Below, piece after piece: positions 63,001 to 64,000 of a stretch of 64,000 nt of DNA. The notes below the pieces were generated by a model. That model searched no databases, had not been told where the DNA came from, and saw nothing but the letters and a program-made list of their open reading frames with translations. Positions within the stretch are counted from its first letter, which is position 1, and the number at the start of each line of letters is the position of its first letter. The DNA is taken from assembly GCA_964035545.1 (NCBI GenBank), contig OZ037765.1, positions 23,621,504-23,685,503 of the forward strand, given 5' to 3'. Source of the stretch: Bugula neritina (lineage: Eukaryota > Animalia > Bryozoa). Made by a program: the position numbers and the translations under genes.

Positions 63001-63719
63001 ACTCTCTTGTATTTAGGAGCAAGGTTGATGTAGATGTTGTCTAGAAGAAAGCTGATGGCTTGCTTAGCTATATCACTGTCACCAATGTTTAGACAGAGAG
63101 TCCACAACTCGTCCAGACCAACCAGGTCTGTCTTCTCCACCAGCAGAGTGCCAGCCTTCAGCTTATGTTCGTGCAGATTCACAGCTTCAAAAAACTTCTT
63201 CCAGCATTTGAAGCCTACAAATAGGATTTATTCTTCGGTAACTAAAGTAGCAGAGTGTAAGTTTAATATGAGAAATAGAAGAGTAGTCTAACATTATAAT
63301 TCAAGGACTGGTAACTTAACCCAAGGAAAAAATTTTTGAACAAAGCAATTCTATAAGAAGCTGCTAATACATAAATAACTTCCAAGTTCATAATAACTAC
63401 ATCCTCAACCATATATGTATAGCAAAGATTGTTAGAGTAAATTATATAAATATAAATATATGAAGTTGGCAATACCTTCACTGGAGAGATTATGCGAATG
63501 ATCAGCAAGCAATTTCTTAGCAAAGAGGTTACCAACAGCCTCAGTTTCAAGCTCGCTGATTTGCTCAGTGAGCCACCTGTAACACACATCTCTGTCCCAC
63601 GGGCAGGACTCGTGCTTCACTATCATACACTCCCAGAAGTCCTTCACTCTATTCCATGACATGAATACAGCTGACTCTTGCAGAACAAAACTCAAACACT
63701 GGAGATGTAGCTCCACCAT
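48068..63719 (-). CDS. USP24: Ubiquitin-specific protease 24-like (USP9/USP24 group); partial, 5' part lies beyond the window
   Basis: Over 25 phase-consistent exons from 63719 to stop 48070-48068. Cys box [33 protein letters not shown], His box [26 protein letters not shown] and WFKFND. C-terminal WLKRKM...SNE...[11 protein letters not shown] resembles USP24 more than USP9X. Confidence 0.85.
49113..49240 (-). repeat. 22-bp tandem repeat (~6 units) of a USP24 exon/intron junction
   Basis: Minus-strand GTAAGT (one GTAACT) begins at 49228, 49206, 49184, 49162, 49140 and 49118. Confidence 0.9.
49539..49680. mobile_element. ~142-bp MITE, family 1, copy 2 (USP24 intron)
   Basis: TIRs GGGGCAGTAGCGGAGAAATTGAGA / TCTCAATTTCTCCATTACTGCACC with TA flanks. 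Confidence 0.8.
54557..54692 (-). repeat. Degenerate 20-30-bp tandem repeat starting at a USP24 splice donor
   Basis: About 6 copies of TAGTGACCTACATA (plus strand), which reads GTAGGTCACTA on the transcript. Confidence 0.75.
62945..62964 (+). repeat. C5-G15 homopolymer in a USP24 intron
   Basis: ccccc followed by 15 G. Confidence 0.9.
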
Positions 63720-64000
63720 CTGTCAAACACAAAACAATAAATAGAGAGTATGTTTAAGTAAGTCAAATTAAAAGAGACTGTATCATTGTGATTTAGTGAC
63801 AACTATAATATATTTGATGTGAGTTTAGTGTATGTATGCTAAAGTTGATCAAGCCATAAAAATATACTAGCTAAAAATACAACCCAATGTAAGCATACAA
63901 TAAAGATAGGAGGCTTTTACTAACAGCCAAAGCAATATTTCTAGACATTTTAGCAAACTGGTGTTGAAACATCATATGCAGTTTTATTAGCCAGTATAAG

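Overview
AT-rich, intron-dense genomic DNA from an invertebrate animal; the species cannot be identified from sequence alone. I reconstructed the exons by hand and checked reading phase at each junction. Seven protein-coding genes result. (1) An uncharacterised Ser-rich gene (minus, ATG 5532, 3' end unresolved at the left edge), head-to-head with (2) DDB1 (plus, 24 exons, ~1150 aa). (3) A two-exon Scratch-type Snail-superfamily zinc-finger gene (minus). (4) SPATA22 (plus, 7 coding exons), tail-to-tail with (5) APRT (minus, 4 exons); only 6 bp separate their stop codons. (6) DBT, the branched-chain keto-acid dehydrogenase E2 (minus, 12 exons). (7) The 3' part of a USP24-like deubiquitinase (minus, running off the right edge). 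Mobile DNA: an RTE-like LINE 3' fragment, a deleted Tc1 element, two MITE families and a 38-bp insertion with a 16-bp target duplication. Best candidate for an undescribed system: five 0.4-1.6 kb degenerate tracts with a 6-bp-phased T-n-A pattern (consensus ASTNAT/ATNAST). They sit at the 5' ends or in first/leader introns of five genes, and I did not see them in the many internal introns. Other notable signals: the obligate SPATA22/APRT antisense overlap, a U12 AT-AC intron and two GC-AG introns in DDB1, a decayed twin of a DBT exon in mutually-exclusive geometry, tandemly multiplied splice donors in USP24, and in-frame microexon candidates. Gene names rest on remembered family motifs; no database searches were run.
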